NCBI GenBank assembly: GCA_013239625.1
Contig: MU053561.1
Span: 2,264,420-2,302,509 of the forward strand
Reading direction: 5' to 3'
Length of the DNA: 38,090 nucleotides
Origin: Lama guanicoe
Taxonomy: Eukaryota
Positions 12,500 to 24,689 of this stretch are shown here, piece after piece. The notes below the pieces were generated by a model. The model did not search any database. It worked only from the letters and a program-made list of their open reading frames with translations, and was not told the origin of the DNA. Made by a program: the position numbers and the translations under genes. Positions within the stretch are counted from its first letter, which is position 1. The number at the start of each line of letters is the position of its first letter.

Positions 12500-14350
12500 C
12501 TTGATTTTTATAAAAGTTTTAGCTATTTACTATATTCCCCCATATTTAAGATAATTTAGCTCTCTCATACACTATCAGCTCACCTCCACATACACTTCAC
12601 CACATATATTCCCTGGCTCACATCCTCCCAATATAGTTAGCAACATGTTTTTCTTATAATTATTATATTACTTTATTCAACTTTTATTTTCCCTGCTGTA
12701 AACTACTGGTCTGAAGTTTAGTGGGGTTTTTTGTTGATGTAGTTTTTAACATAGCAATTATTAATTTACTTTCAAATTATACTTGAGTTTCAAAACTTGT
12801 CTCAATATAATCAAACAGATCAAATAAACTATCAGTTCCATTTTATTCTAATACACCCTTCCTGAGTCTCTCTATCCTCCCACTCTCATCTGGACTTCTG
12901 TTCTCCAACCTGAAGCACAGCCATCATCCTGCTGATTCCCTTTTCCACATTCCTGAGAATGCCCTTCCTTTCTCTCTCTAGTGACAAAACCCCTGTTTCC
13001 AAAATTGCTTATCTTCCTATTTTTATGCTGAAGCTTATTTTCCAGTAGCAATCTGAGACAATGTCTAAAAACATCTTTATTCTCAGATTTGATTCAAAAT
13101 TTGGCTGAATATGTAACTCTTTCCAAGCCATTCTCTTCCAGTTTCTAACATTATTGCTGAGGAATCTAATGCGCCACTACGTACAATCCCAATCTTCTGG
13201 GTGGAACTATTAAACTTTTAGGATCTGTTTTTTATGCACTTTTTCTAAAATTTCAGTAGGAATCCCACCCCACCCCCCATTTGGTTAGATGCCTGGCAGG
13301 TCCTTTCAGTCCAGAAACTCACATTCTTAAGTTTTAGCCCATTCTCCTCAATTGTTTCTTTGACTTCTTCCCCTCTACTTTCCCTGTTCTTTTTCCAAAA
13401 CCCCTAATTAATCACTTGTTAGGTGCTCCAGATTGAGCTTAACATTTTTCTTGTTTTCTCAACCTTTTGTCCTTCCAAGAGATTTGATCAATTTTATCTT
13501 CCAACTCTTCTACTGAATTTTTTACTCTATCATATTTTTAATCTCCAAGAACTCCTTCTTATTCTGTAAATGTTCCTTTTTATAATTTACTTCATGAATT
13601 TAATTTTTTTGGCACCCAAAGATGTGAATTCTTTTTTGATATTTTTTTCCTGCTCCCTGTATTGTTTCTGTATCCTCTAAATTCCTCCCTTCCATCTGTT
13701 TCTCTCATGTGAGAAACTTCCCTTACACGAATGGTGATCTTCGGTTTGTTCTTCACATATGAGTGAAGCACTTAGAAGATGATCAAAGGCTGTCAGTGAA
13801 TAGGCAACACTTGTTGACCGAGCCTAGTCTCAAGGAGGTCAGGTGAAACCCAGGGGTGTCCTACTGAGGAACAGAGTAGGTCTTTTCTCTTGGGCCAGTC
13901 AAGTCTCCCAGAGACAAGTCCTTCATTTTCCTACTTACTGAATATAAATCTGCCTGCCACAATTCTAAAAGTTGTGCAGGAGAAAGAGGTCTCAATATTC
14001 AGAATCCACTTTTCACTTAATTCCCTCCACCCCCACCTCTCCATTTTTTAGAATGCCCTCTGCCCTCTGCCCTCTCCCCTCAGCTATACTTGGTATTTCC
14101 AAAATCTAGATCCTCTCTAATTCATCCATCCGAAAGTAAACTTTTGATCCTCTTCTGGGGAAAGGAGGGCAGCAGATAGGATTTGTAGGCTAGAAAATTG
14201 GGAATCCAGGAGTTAAGAGCTCCTTTTAAAACTTTCAAATAATCCTTTTCCAGCTCTATTTTATACCCCTGCCTTCAGAGTGTTTCTAATTCTTGAAACT
14301 TTCAGATACTCTGCAGGTATTCATATCACCCTGCCTCTTTTTGGCTGCTT
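12500..14350 (-). mobile_element. Very old L1 5'/ORF1 or HAL1-like remnant
   Basis: T-rich on the + strand with reverse ORF1-like motifs (ttccctgttcttttccaaaacccctaattaatcacttgttagg; ttatcttccaactcttctactgaattttt). Confidence 0.4.
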
Positions 14351-14446
14351 CTTCTGCAGATAAGTCAGTCATTACGTTTAAAAAGAACCTACACAGGGAT
14401 TCTTAATACGTTTTATGTTGATTTACAAGAACACTAGACAACATGA

Positions 14447-15011
14447 TGTGTTCTAAAGGATTCACTCAACAGGTCTGGGTTGTCCAAACCCTTCACATGC
14501 CCAAGGTTTGGCCTATGGAAGCCTCCTGGAAAATAACCTCAAAACCTTTGTTATCCTGCCTGTTAAGAGTATCTCTGTTTACCTGAAGCCCTGGGCAGTG
14601 TCAGATGGTTCATGCTAACAATGTGATTTATGGCAGGGACCACAGTATCGGCCTGACCTCTGGAGGTGCTGGAGAACTGAGGTTAGCCAAGCCTACACAA
14701 TGAACTCCCAATAAAAGACCTGCACACCAAGGCTTGGGTGAACCTCCCTGGCTGCCAATACTTTGTGTGCCCTGCCACACATCACTGCTGGGAGAATTAA
14801 GCACGGTCCATACTACTCCACTGGGAAAGGACAACCAGGAGCTTGGGCCTGGTCTCTACCGCACTTAATCCTGGGTGCTTTTTATATTAATTTTAATCTG
14901 TATGTTTTTGCTGCAAATAACCAAGACTATGAATAGAACAGTTTTGCTAAGTTCTGTGAGTACTTCCAGTGAATCACTGAGCCTGTAGGTGGGGTGGGTT
15001 CTTTAAACACA
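14447..15011 (+). mobile_element. MER77/MER21-group ERVL solo LTR
   Basis: TG...CA ends, caggtctgggttgtccaaaccct, atgctaacaatgtgatttatgg, AATAAA at 14710-14715, gttctgtgagt...gaatcactga near the 3' end. Degenerate 5-bp TSD catga/cattg. Confidence 0.75.
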
Positions 15012-16106
15012 CATTGTTATCCATCTTAATTATTATGTACATGAGACAAGTATTTAGATTCTAATGACATCTAAAAATAAAAAGTCAGGCATCCGAAAAA
15101 AAAAAATCTATCAATGTCTAACACTGTCCAAAGAAAGTGCCTTAAGCCGCCTGTGCATAAAACATAGACTCCAGAGGCAAGGTGAAATCAGAATATAAAG
15201 CTGTTTGATTCCACTAAGGTCAAAGTTTTATACTAATTCATAAGGCCACACTTAAAATATCTGCAAAAGCTTCCATATTCATTACTAGAATATATCCAAA
15301 TACATATCTGACTATTTGGACTAAATTTATTATCTTATTTTATGATAAACAACTGATTTGAAATATTGTTGATCACATTACACACTAACAAAATCTTTTT
15401 CTTCAAGTCACTAAAACTGCAAACTCCACCCAGAATTAGCAGGAATTCTAATTAACAAAGTTCAACTTAAATATAGATTTCCTCTCTGTCTAGTTTTCTC
15501 TTTATCTCCAAGTAACTCCTAGACTAACAAACTGAAAGACTTCTGTGACCAAACAAATTTCAAGAATTCTGAAATCAATCCTTCCCCCCTTTTCAACCCA
15601 TTGAGACTCTCTGGAAGGATGCGTTCTTAATCTGCAGTATGGTTAAGCTGTATCATGATGTGTTCCTTAAAAGATGGCATATATAACACTAACGCTTCAG
15701 AAGCATGTTTATGAGAAGACTTGCATAGTATCTAGCAGAATTTCTTGTAACTAAACACTTAAAACATTTCTTATTAAATGATAAACTGTTTATGGGTTTA
15801 TCCTATGTTATTAACAAAATACTGAATATCAAAAGATCTTTGAACACAGAGTGAGTGATGTAACTATCCAAACAACATTATACCAAAATTTTTAAGTATC
15901 CTGTGTTATGATCGATATTAAAAAACAGTTTTATCCCTTACTGCCAACTTGCAAAATGAACTGCAACTTTGACCCCAAAACAAATAAGATCAAAATACGA
16001 CACCACAGATGGTACAAATAAATACAGACAGATAAGATACTTTAAATCCAGTCAAATACATATCCATATCCATGACCACCCCATATCACAAATCTCAGCT
16101 TATTAC

Positions 16107-16362
16107 CTCTTTAATTTTTTCCCTTTTCTCTCTCAGTTCATTATCTTCTGGGTCTCCACCATTTGTTCCTATAAGGTTTGGTATAGGAACTGGTGGCAGT
16201 GGCTTTTTCTCTTTCATCTTCATTTCTAGGACTACCTTATTTTTCTCTGTCTGAATTTCTGCTCGGATTTCCTCTCTTGATTTTTTTAATTTTTCTTTTG
16301 CTTCTTCCAAGGCCTTCTCATGATCAGCTCGGATTTTATTTCTCAGACGTTCTTCTTCCTCC
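16107..16362 (-). CDS. MAN1A2: MAN1A2 coding exon 2 (luminal coiled-coil stem)
   Basis: Minus strand: polypyrimidine tract ...TTTTTCTTCTTCTTACAG| then G-GAG-GAA-GAA-GAA-CGT, translating (R)EEEERLRNKIRADHEKALEEAKEKLKKSREEIRAEIQTEKNKVVLEMKMKEKKPLPPVPIPNLIGTNGGDPEDNELREKREKIKE, then |GTAATA donor. 256 nt, phase 2 in and phase 0 out. The peptide matches the mammalian MAN1A2 stem as recalled. Confidence 0.96.
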
Positions 16363-16894
16363 CTGTAAGAAGAAGAAAAAAAAATAATAAAAAAATAAAA
16401 CTTAGTTTCCTCCACCAAACCCTGACAGTTGTTTTCTATGCCTGCCATTAAAAAGAAAGAATGATCCGTGAGAGAGGCTTGCACCTATCTGCCCAAAGAA
16501 GAGGATAAATACATCTTAGTATGAGAAAGAAGATGAGCCCTGGATGCTGACGAGCAAACATTTTACAAAGTGGAGGAAAAGAGAACTCAGAAAGTTACAA
16601 TTTAAGGACCAAGTGAAACAGAGAAAACAGCAATCAATAATTTATTAGTAGACACATAATAGAGAGAGAGAGACTAGTGAAAAACTAGATGGAGGAGAGA
16701 AAATAAAAAAACAAAATTAAGTATCAAGAGGGAACAAAAATATAAACATAGGGTCAAAGAAAGAGAGATAAGCAGAAAAGATAAGAGGATGGGAAAGTTT
16801 TTATTTGTTAAATATACATCATATCCTTCTAAAATTTTTACATTTTGTAAATAATGTAGATCTTATACCACAATGGCCTAACTGATGTGGGCAT

Positions 16895-17032
16895 GCCCAC
16901 TTAAAATTCTCTTGAGTCCTTGTTAAAAATACAGATTCCAATTTAGCAGATCTGTATTAAACCCATGAATCTGTATTATTAAGAGCTCTCCTGATGATTC
17001 TGGGGTACATACAGATCTGGAAATCACTACTG
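16895..17032. mobile_element. MER5-like hAT-Charlie remnant
   Basis: cttgttaaaaatacagattcc...gaatctgtattattaagagctctcctgatgattctg...gaaatcact. Confidence 0.55.
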
Positions 17033-17224
17033 CAGCAGACACCTACTGGGTTTCTAGTCGGCCCTAAATCTTTTCTCCACCTCCACCCCAATCCACATGA
17101 ATGAATATAGGCATAGTCATCACCATTTTCCAAATCAGCCAGTGACGACTACTCTAAGGGTAAACAACTAACCCACCAGTCACCAGAGTTACTGCTTCAG
17201 AAATTTAATTCAAACTCTGGCCGT

Positions 17225-18150
17225 ACAACACTGCTGGTGAGAATGTATAAAATGGTATAGCCACCCTGGAAAAGTTTAGCAATTTCTTAAAAAACTAAAC
17301 ATGTAACCATCACAGAATCCTGCAATTGCCCTGGACAGTTATCCCAGAGAAATGAAGGCTTATTTACACACAAAAACCTATATACAAACCAGTTACAAAA
17401 AGATAAATACTATATCATTCTACTTATATTAGATTCTTAGAGTAGTCAAAATCATAGAAACAGAAAGCAGAATGGTGGTTGTGAGAGGCTGGGGGAAAGG
17501 AGAAAATGGGAAATTATTGTTTAGTGGGTACAGAGTTTCAGTTTTACAACATGAAAGGAGTTCTGGAGATGGATGGCGATGATGGTTGCCCTATTCATAC
17601 TGTACATGTAAAAATGGTTAAGATGGCAAATTTTATGTGTATTTTACCACAATTTTAAAAATTGGGAGAAAAATCCTATACACAAATGTTTATAGAAGCT
17701 TTATTCACAACAAGCAAAAACTAGAAACAACCCTAATGTCATCCAACAAGTAAACAGTTAAGCAAATCACTGTTTATACAGTGGTAAAGCAACACTATGG
17801 AATACTACTCAGCAATAAAAAGAAATGAACTACTCATACACACAATTTGAATGAATTTCAAAGGTATTATGTGAGTGAAAGAAGCCAGTCACAAAATGTT
17901 ATATTCTGTCTGATTCCTTTTACATGATATTCTCAAAAAGACAAAAATAGAGGGATGACTAGTATATCATGGATGCTAGTAGTTATGGATGGGGAAGAGG
18001 TTAAATATAAAGGATAATACAGGATTTTTTTTATTATAGCAGTTATATACCCTAATTTCAGTGGTTACACCAATGTGAACACGTGTTAAAAACCATAGAA
18101 CTGTACATCAAGAGAGAAAAATATCAATCCACAGCCTAGTATTAAAATTA
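17225..18150 (+). mobile_element. Old L1 3' fragment (ORF2 end plus 3'UTR), split by a second L1 3' end
   Basis: tgctggtgagaatgtataaaatggtatagccac...atcccagagaaatgaag, resuming at atgtttatagaagctttattc...ggaatactactcagcaataaaaagaaatgaac. Confidence 0.85.
17389..17669 (+). mobile_element. 5'-truncated L1MB-like 3'UTR insertion with 17-bp TSD
   Basis: gtagtcaaaatcatagaaacagaaagcagaatggtggttg...gggtacagagtttcagtttt...aaaatggttaagatgg...ttttaccacaattttaaaa. TSD at 17372-17388 and 17670-17686 (15/17 identical). Confidence 0.85.
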
Positions 18151-18644
18151 AGATGTTAAATGTCTAGAGAAAAAGAAAACTGAATTGCCAACAGTGAAAA
18201 AGGACTGATGAGGAAAACAGAAGGGAGAAAAGAGGAGGAATCGCAGCAGAGCCAGAGTGTCAGGGACAAACAAGGTCACTCAGGTAGCAAGAAAAAATCC
18301 ATGGGGCCTGCAGACAAACTGCATATAGGAAACGTAAGGCAGAAAGGAGCCAAGGTTAGCCCCACTGTGCATCCAAGAGTAGTTCTGGGCTGATCTGTTC
18401 AGGAGACTCAGGCAGATGAAAGCATCAGCAGCAGACAGGTACTGTATGCAGGCTCAGACAACCAAGGTAAATACAGGCAGGCACCACTCAACTGCCTTCC
18501 AATCCACCAGCAGGAAACACTGTGCCTGGGCCCAGAGAACAGATCATAATCCATCTACGCCAATCAAGTCTTCCCCAGATGCCCTTTTACCTGGGGTGAC
18601 CACATAACCCCATTCCAACCAAAATGGCAAATGGCAACAAAACT

Positions 18645-18870
18645 AGTAATTGTTGCTGGTTTACATGCACCAGGCGCTGGCTTAGTCAATTACTTAGATT
18701 ATCTTATTTAACCCTTGTACTAATTTATAAAGTACCCTCTATTTGATACTGTTCTCCATTTTATTAGGAAAACACTAAGGCACAAACAGAAAAATTCAGT
18801 AATTTGTTCAGGGTCACAGAGCTAGAAAGCAGAGAGCCTGGATACAAACATGTGCATCTGGACTTCTTAC
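18645..18870 (-). mobile_element. MIR SINE
   Basis: ctccattttattaggaaaacactaaggcaca...gtaatttgttcagggtcacagagctagaaagcagagagcctggat. Confidence 0.7.
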
Positions 18871-19429
18871 ACTACACAAATACCGCCTTCCACATGGAAG
18901 GTGAATTTTATTTAAGAGACTGTCTCACAGTGTAGACACTAAAACCTGTCTCTCAGTATCTTGCTCCCTTCTTCTTTAGTCCTAGAGCCATCAAGTTTTA
19001 GCTAAGCATATGCTCTTGCAAAATAAAAATTCTACTTTCAGCCTCCCTTACTGAAACTGTCCTACAGACCATAAATAAACTTCTACCCTGCGTGAGCCAC
19101 TGCTATCTTGTGATTTTATGGCTGGTAAGTGACCTAGTCTCTACTCAGCCACTCTCCATCCTAGATGTTCTCCTTCCCTGAGACTCTCATTAGCATTTGA
19201 GGACTGATTTGCCAGAAATAAACTAACCAAGCAATAGATTTCCTTCTTCAATTAAAGTGTTTAAATAAATCATGTTTGGAAACATTCTGTAAGACAAATA
19301 CAATCCTAGATTACAGAAGAATAGATAAAATTGCACTGAAATCTTGTTTGGCAAAGATTTAGGTGGATACACAAATATCTCCCTTTTATTTTCACTCTAT
19401 TCTTCTTTACTAAAGCTTTACTCTTCACC

Positions 19430-19920
19430 TACAACATGAAGTCTCATCCACCCTTAAAAAAATTAGATAAATAACAACTTCCCTCAAAACTGCCTCCACC
19501 TCCACCTTCATTGGTGTTCCTGTCTCCTTCCTTTCACCACTATACTTTCTCAAAGAGTACTACACTTGCTATTTCTACTTCCTTTAACCTTGCATCACTC
19601 TTCTACCACAGCTGAAAACTAATAGCTAAGCTTATCCTTCCTTTGAACTCCCTCTTCCTCACAGCTGCTTTTCCAACAAGCCTCTGGCTTTACCATCATC
19701 AATGCATCTCAAAATGTTGTATTCCATCCTCACTTCTGTTCTTACTCTATATACTTTTCCTATTCAACGTCATCCAACTGTATTTCCTCAACTCCTATAT
19801 CAAAATACATATGGTCAGTCTTTTCCAGGTTACTAAGTACTCCAGACTCAAATTTCAAAACATTATGTAAGGCATTTGCCAAATACCTCTAATTTAACAT
19901 GTCCAGAACAGAACTGAATG
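19430..19920 (+). mobile_element. L2 LINE remnant
   Basis: Pyrimidine-rich, with ctccagactcaaattt and ctctaatttaacatgtccagaacagaact. Confidence 0.45.
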
Positions 19921-19959
19921 ATTACTATGGAAAAAGGATAATCAGAGGCTAAGCTCATT

Positions 19960-20445
19960 CATCAACACAGATTTTTTTTAAATTTAAAATTAACAAAGTT
20001 AATCAGCAACATTAAAAAAGCAGAAACAAATACTTCATCATAACTAACTGGACTTAACCCAGAAGGGACCAGTTTAACATCAGAAAAGTCTATCCATGTA
20101 ATTAACTTATTATTAGATTAAAGAAAAACTGTATAAATCATTCAGTAGAAACAGAAAAGGAAAGTGACAAAATTAAACATCCATTCTTAAAACCTCACAG
20201 CAAAGGAGAAAAAGAGAACTTCAAACTAATAAAATATATCTTCCAAAATTTACAACAAATATCATTCTTCATAGTGAAACATAAGGATGCTCACCATCAC
20301 ACTTCCATTTGATTGTGCTTAGATTAAAATAAGATTAAAATATAAGAAAAAGAAAGTTTAAAAAAGTCTTCTGTCACAGGTAATACAATTTCTATATAGA
20401 AAATCCAAAGTATCTACAAAGTATTATAAATAAAAGTGCAAGAAG
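19960..20445 (+). mobile_element. Decayed L1 ORF2 (RT) fragment
   Basis: gacaaaattaaacatccattctt, aaggatgctcaccatcacacttcc, gaaaatccaaagtatctacaaa. Confidence 0.55.
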
Positions 20446-21829
20446 GATGAGAAAGAAACTCTATGACAGAAGGTACTCAGTAAACGTAATTTTCTTCTCT
20501 TCCTACTCATTGGGTCTCATCTTTCTAGACACCAAGCGTTTAAACTTCTATTGATACGTTCTTTCCTCTTAATGATAGTAGCAATGTTTACATCAGCTTT
20601 CATTCACATCCATTGTTTCATTGCTAAGATTTCAAGGCTGTGTTCTTCTGAGTTAGATTTAAGAAACAGGAGAGCCCTTAAAACCTTGGGCAGATAACTA
20701 TTCTCAACCATTATGAGAGGAATTTTTATTAAATTGACCCTTACTAATTTCCAAATTCTATGAACGCTCACCAAGGCCACTATAAACTGATTTTGTAAAA
20801 AAAAAAATGCTGAATAAATCAACAATGTGATTCTTTCTTTTAAGAGATAAAAGAATGTCCATACAATGGCCTTTGTTTTTAACAACAAAATTAGATAATA
20901 ATCTTTTCAAACATCCTATATTTTAATATCATGCTAAAGAAATCTCAGAGCATCCAAGAAAGCACAAAAACAGCGGAAAACAGTATGTTAAAAGGAACTT
21001 ACATCCAAGTACAGGCCAAGAATGGTTTTAGGAAACAACTACAGGACAGTCAGCAATTGGTATAGAAAATACTGAAATAACAGCATTCTATAGAGCTCAC
21101 AGGCAAATGTCTAAACGAATTTAAGATCTTCCAAACGAAATGCCACTCTTTTGTCATGAAGGAAGATCTCTTTAAACTTAAGGTAATCAAGAGGAATCAA
21201 CAATTGTAAGGGAGCTGTTCACAAATACAGCCTAAGATGATTTGCAATAGCAAATGAATATATCTTATTTGTAAGGAATAACACTGTTATATAAATGACA
21301 AAGAACTTGCTGAATGTTATCCTTTTAAGTTAAACCATGTACTCTCTAGTGTATCAATTTGTAGTTAAGAACCGAACAGCACAAATTCTGTCAAATTTGG
21401 GCTCACAAATTCTATGAGTGAATCCCATTCTTAAGAAAACATGTTAATAGAAAAACCCAATTGTTTCTCAGTACAAGTAACTGTCAGCCACCTGAAAGAA
21501 GATGAAAGCAATTCAAAGCAAAGCACTGAAAAATCCACCGACCCTCAAGCCTCTATGACAATCCAGTTACTCTGGTCAAGTGGTTCCCACAAACTACCAA
21601 CTTCTTTATTCCTGTTTTAATAATGCGACTCATGGGCCATCGACACAAACTCACCGTCTCTATCTTAAATTTAGTTAGGTATAGATCATTTATGTGGCTA
21701 TTAAAAGATTTGATTTACATGGAGAGCTATTATAGATTAATCTAACTTGGGTTTTAGGTGATTTTAGCTTGAATTAATGGTAATTTCAAGTAAAATAAAA
21801 AGTTCAAGCATTGAATTAACTTCAGCTTA

Positions 21830-22860
21830 ACTCAATAATAATCAACAAACATATCAAATGTGAGGAGCATTGAGTCAGGTCCAGGGAAAACAAGAAAAAT
21901 AAGACATATTATTTCCCAAGGAGTTCACAGTATAATAAATATGTAAACACAGGAAGCACGAAACAAGTGGATCATAGCAGAGGAAATAAATAACTACAGG
22001 TGAAGTATCAGAGGACCACAGGTTAGAAGAGGTAAGATAGGCACATAAAAGTGTAGGCGTCTGCTAAGCATAAGAGTACAACCTGAAACAGATTTAAATC
22101 GGAAAATAGCATTAGAAAGGTATGATCTTCATTAGAAATTAAAGGAAAAATACAAGTTTGCCAGGCAGATCAAGAAAACAAGGGCATTCTAGGCATAGAA
22201 GGGATAGTGTACAAAGGTACCGAAGTGACACACTACATCATTAGCAAGTAAGTTGGTATAGCTGCTAGGGTATAGTGTTTGGGAGCGCGGGGGAATAGGT
22301 AGGGAGCAGTAGGACAGACTGGAAACCAGAGAAGACAAAAGCTCCATCACGAATAGAGCTTGTATTACACGCTGAGGATGAAAAGCAAGCCATTAAAGGA
22401 CTTCTAATTGAAAATGGAACACTTGTACTTAAATCTTGGGGAGAAAAACACCTCCTCAGGATTGGAGAGAAGAGGTAGAAAGGGAGATGATACAAGAGTG
22501 GAAGCAGGAAATGGAGATAGGTGGTCACAGCAGACACCAGGCAAAAAATGACAAGATACTAATAAAATCCACCTGTAGTGGATACGGAGAAGAGGTGCAA
22601 AATATCAGAGACCTTAGAAGGGCAAGATGAGTAAGCTGAGGGAAGTGATTAAACATGAAAGGGAAAAGAAGTTTAAAGATGATAAGTTTTCACTATAGTG
22701 ACTGAACAGAAAGAAGTACCATTAACTTAGAGACCAGAGAGCAGGTAGCTTGGAATAAAGGAAAAAAGTGAGGAAGAGATTAATAGGCATGGTTTTTAGA
22801 CATGCTGAGTTTAAAAGGTCAACAAGGCACACAGGTTAAGATATCCAGGGCTGAAAACAC
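21830..22860 (-). mobile_element. L2 LINE remnant
   Basis: caacaaacatat...gagttcacagt...gggcattctaggcatag...ttttagacatgctgagtttaa, a purine-rich reverse L2 pattern. Confidence 0.6.
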
Positions 22861-23462
22861 GGATTTGGAAACATCAACCAACAGAAGGCAACTAATGCTC
22901 CCACTTAACTGTTTATTTATATGGGTGAATTTTATGGTACACAAAGAAAACCTCAGTAAAGACGTTTATTAAAAAGTGGAAGCAGCTATACTGACATCAA
23001 ACAGTAGCTTTCAGAGCAGAGATTAACAGGTTTTATAATAACAGAATCAATAAAATAGCAAGAGACTATAACTGCTAAACATTACACATCTAATAAAGAG
23101 TTGAAATATATGAAGTAAAACTGATAGAAATAAAAAGTAGACAATCCACAATATAGTAGGTAAATTCAACACCCCTCACTCAGTAATTCATAAAAGAGGA
23201 AAGGAAATCATCAAGGACATAAAAGACAAAAACACTATCAACCAACTCGACCTAACTGACATCCATAGAACACACTACCCAACAACAAAATACACATTTT
23301 GTTCAAATGCAAACAGAACATTTACCAGAACAGGCCACCTTCTGAGCAGTAAAACAAGTCTCAATAAATTTAAAAGGATTCAAACCATACAAAGTATGTT
23401 TTTGCTACAACAGAATTAAAGTGGAAATCAGTAACGTGAAGAAGGTATCTGGATAATCTCTA

Positions 23463-23695
23463 GAGTTGGCCCTTGAACAAGAGAGTTAGGAGCCCAAACT
23501 TCTGAGCAGTCAAAAGTCTGTGTATAAGATAGTCAGCCCTCCATTTACATGGTTTCTCTGTGTACAGGCTCTGCATCATTAGATTCAACCAATCTCAAAT
23601 CATGCAGTACTACAGAATTTTACCATTGAAAAACATCCATGTTATCAGTGGACCCAGACTGTTCAAATTCGTGTTGTTCAAGGGCAAACTAACTG
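23463..23695. mobile_element. MER8/Tigger2-family MITE
   Basis: TA flanks at 23461-23462 and 23696-23697. TIR-like ends gagttggcccttgaacaa and ttgttcaagggc...aactg. Confidence 0.8.
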
Positions 23696-23764
23696 TACTT
23701 GGAAACGAAACAACATACTTATCAATGATCATGGGATCAATAATCATGGGTCAAAAAAATTTAG

Positions 23765-23893
23765 TGAAATTGTGTGACAGTAGTGATGGTTGCATATAAA
23801 TGTACATAAACTGAAAACTACTGAACTGTATAGTGTAAGTGAGTGAACTGTATGGTATGTGAATTACATCTCAATAAAGCTATTTTTAAAAAA
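23765..23893 (+). mobile_element. Short L1 3'-end insertion
   Basis: gtgatggttgca...actgaactgtata...gtgaactgtatggtatgtgaattacatctcaataaagctatttttaaaaaa. Confidence 0.7.
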
Positions 23894-24689
23894 CTGGGAT
23901 AAGAAAGTACCTTGAACTAAAAGAGAATACAAACATCAAAATTTGCGGATGAAGCTAAAGGAATCTTTAAAGGAAAATTCACATCACTAAATGTGTATAT
24001 AAAGAAAAGAAGACAGGTTAGAAGCAAAGTCATGGCATTAACCAATATATATTAGAAAAGAAAAAAAGATCTCGTACAAAGGTTCTCAAGCTCTACCTCA
24101 AGACAGTAGAAAAAGAGAAAATTAAACCTATAATTAGCAGAAAGGAAACAATAAAGATAAAAGTAAAAAAAGAAAGAAAGAAAGAAAACTGAAGACTGAG
24201 AAAAACCAATAAAATCAAAAGCTAGTTCTTTGAGATTAAAAAAAAAAAGACTTCTGACAATAGTGGGGGAGGAGGGAGAAAAGCCACAAATCACAATAAC
24301 ACAACGAAAAAGAAGCAGCATAACCACAGTCCTATAAAAATTTTTTAAAAAAAAGTAAAGGACTATTATTAACCATGTTACATCAAAAACTCAACAATTT
24401 ACATTCCTTGTTTAAAAATAAAATTCTCAAGAAAATTTAAGAAGACCCAGATTACCTGAATAGCCTGTATCTATCAAAGAAATTGAATGGATAGTTAACA
24501 ACTTTTCCACAAGAAAATTCCAGTTCAGATGATCTCCCTAGTGAATTCTACCAAGTATTTAAGGAAGAATTAATATCAGTTTTACAGGTCAGGAAATTGA
24601 AGAGGGAATACTTTCAACTCATCTCATGAGGGTTATTATTACCCTGATACCAGAACCAGACAAAAAGAATAAATAAATGAAAAAATAGA

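Larger units (their letters stand above)
9493..16106 (-). other. MAN1A2: MAN1A2 intron 2 (GT-AG, 6614 nt, phase 0)
   Basis: GT at 16106-16105 and AG at 9494-9493 on the minus strand. The reading frame KIKE|MMKH joins correctly. Confidence 0.93.
22975..24685 (+). mobile_element. Old L1 ORF2 fragment (EN to start of RT) with two nested insertions
   Basis: gtaaattcaacacccctcactcagtaa, gacctaactgacatccatagaacac, aaaacaagtctcaataaatttaaaagg, gtgaattctaccaagtatttaaggaagaatt, attaccctgataccagaaccagac. Confidence 0.85.

Noticed and set aside
14053..14080. (TGCCCTC)n short tandem
   Set aside because: Only 3-4 units inside a decayed repeat, an ordinary slippage product.
15969..16387. Three plus-strand ORFs overlapping exon 2
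   Set aside because: Antisense shadows of an A/G-rich exon, low complexity, with no independent gene signals.
16095..16484. 129-aa ORF as a stand-alone gene
   Set aside because: Only 16107-16362 is exon. The N-terminal part is intron read-through across the polypyrimidine tract (FYFFIIFFSSSY), and VIS-stop lies past the donor.
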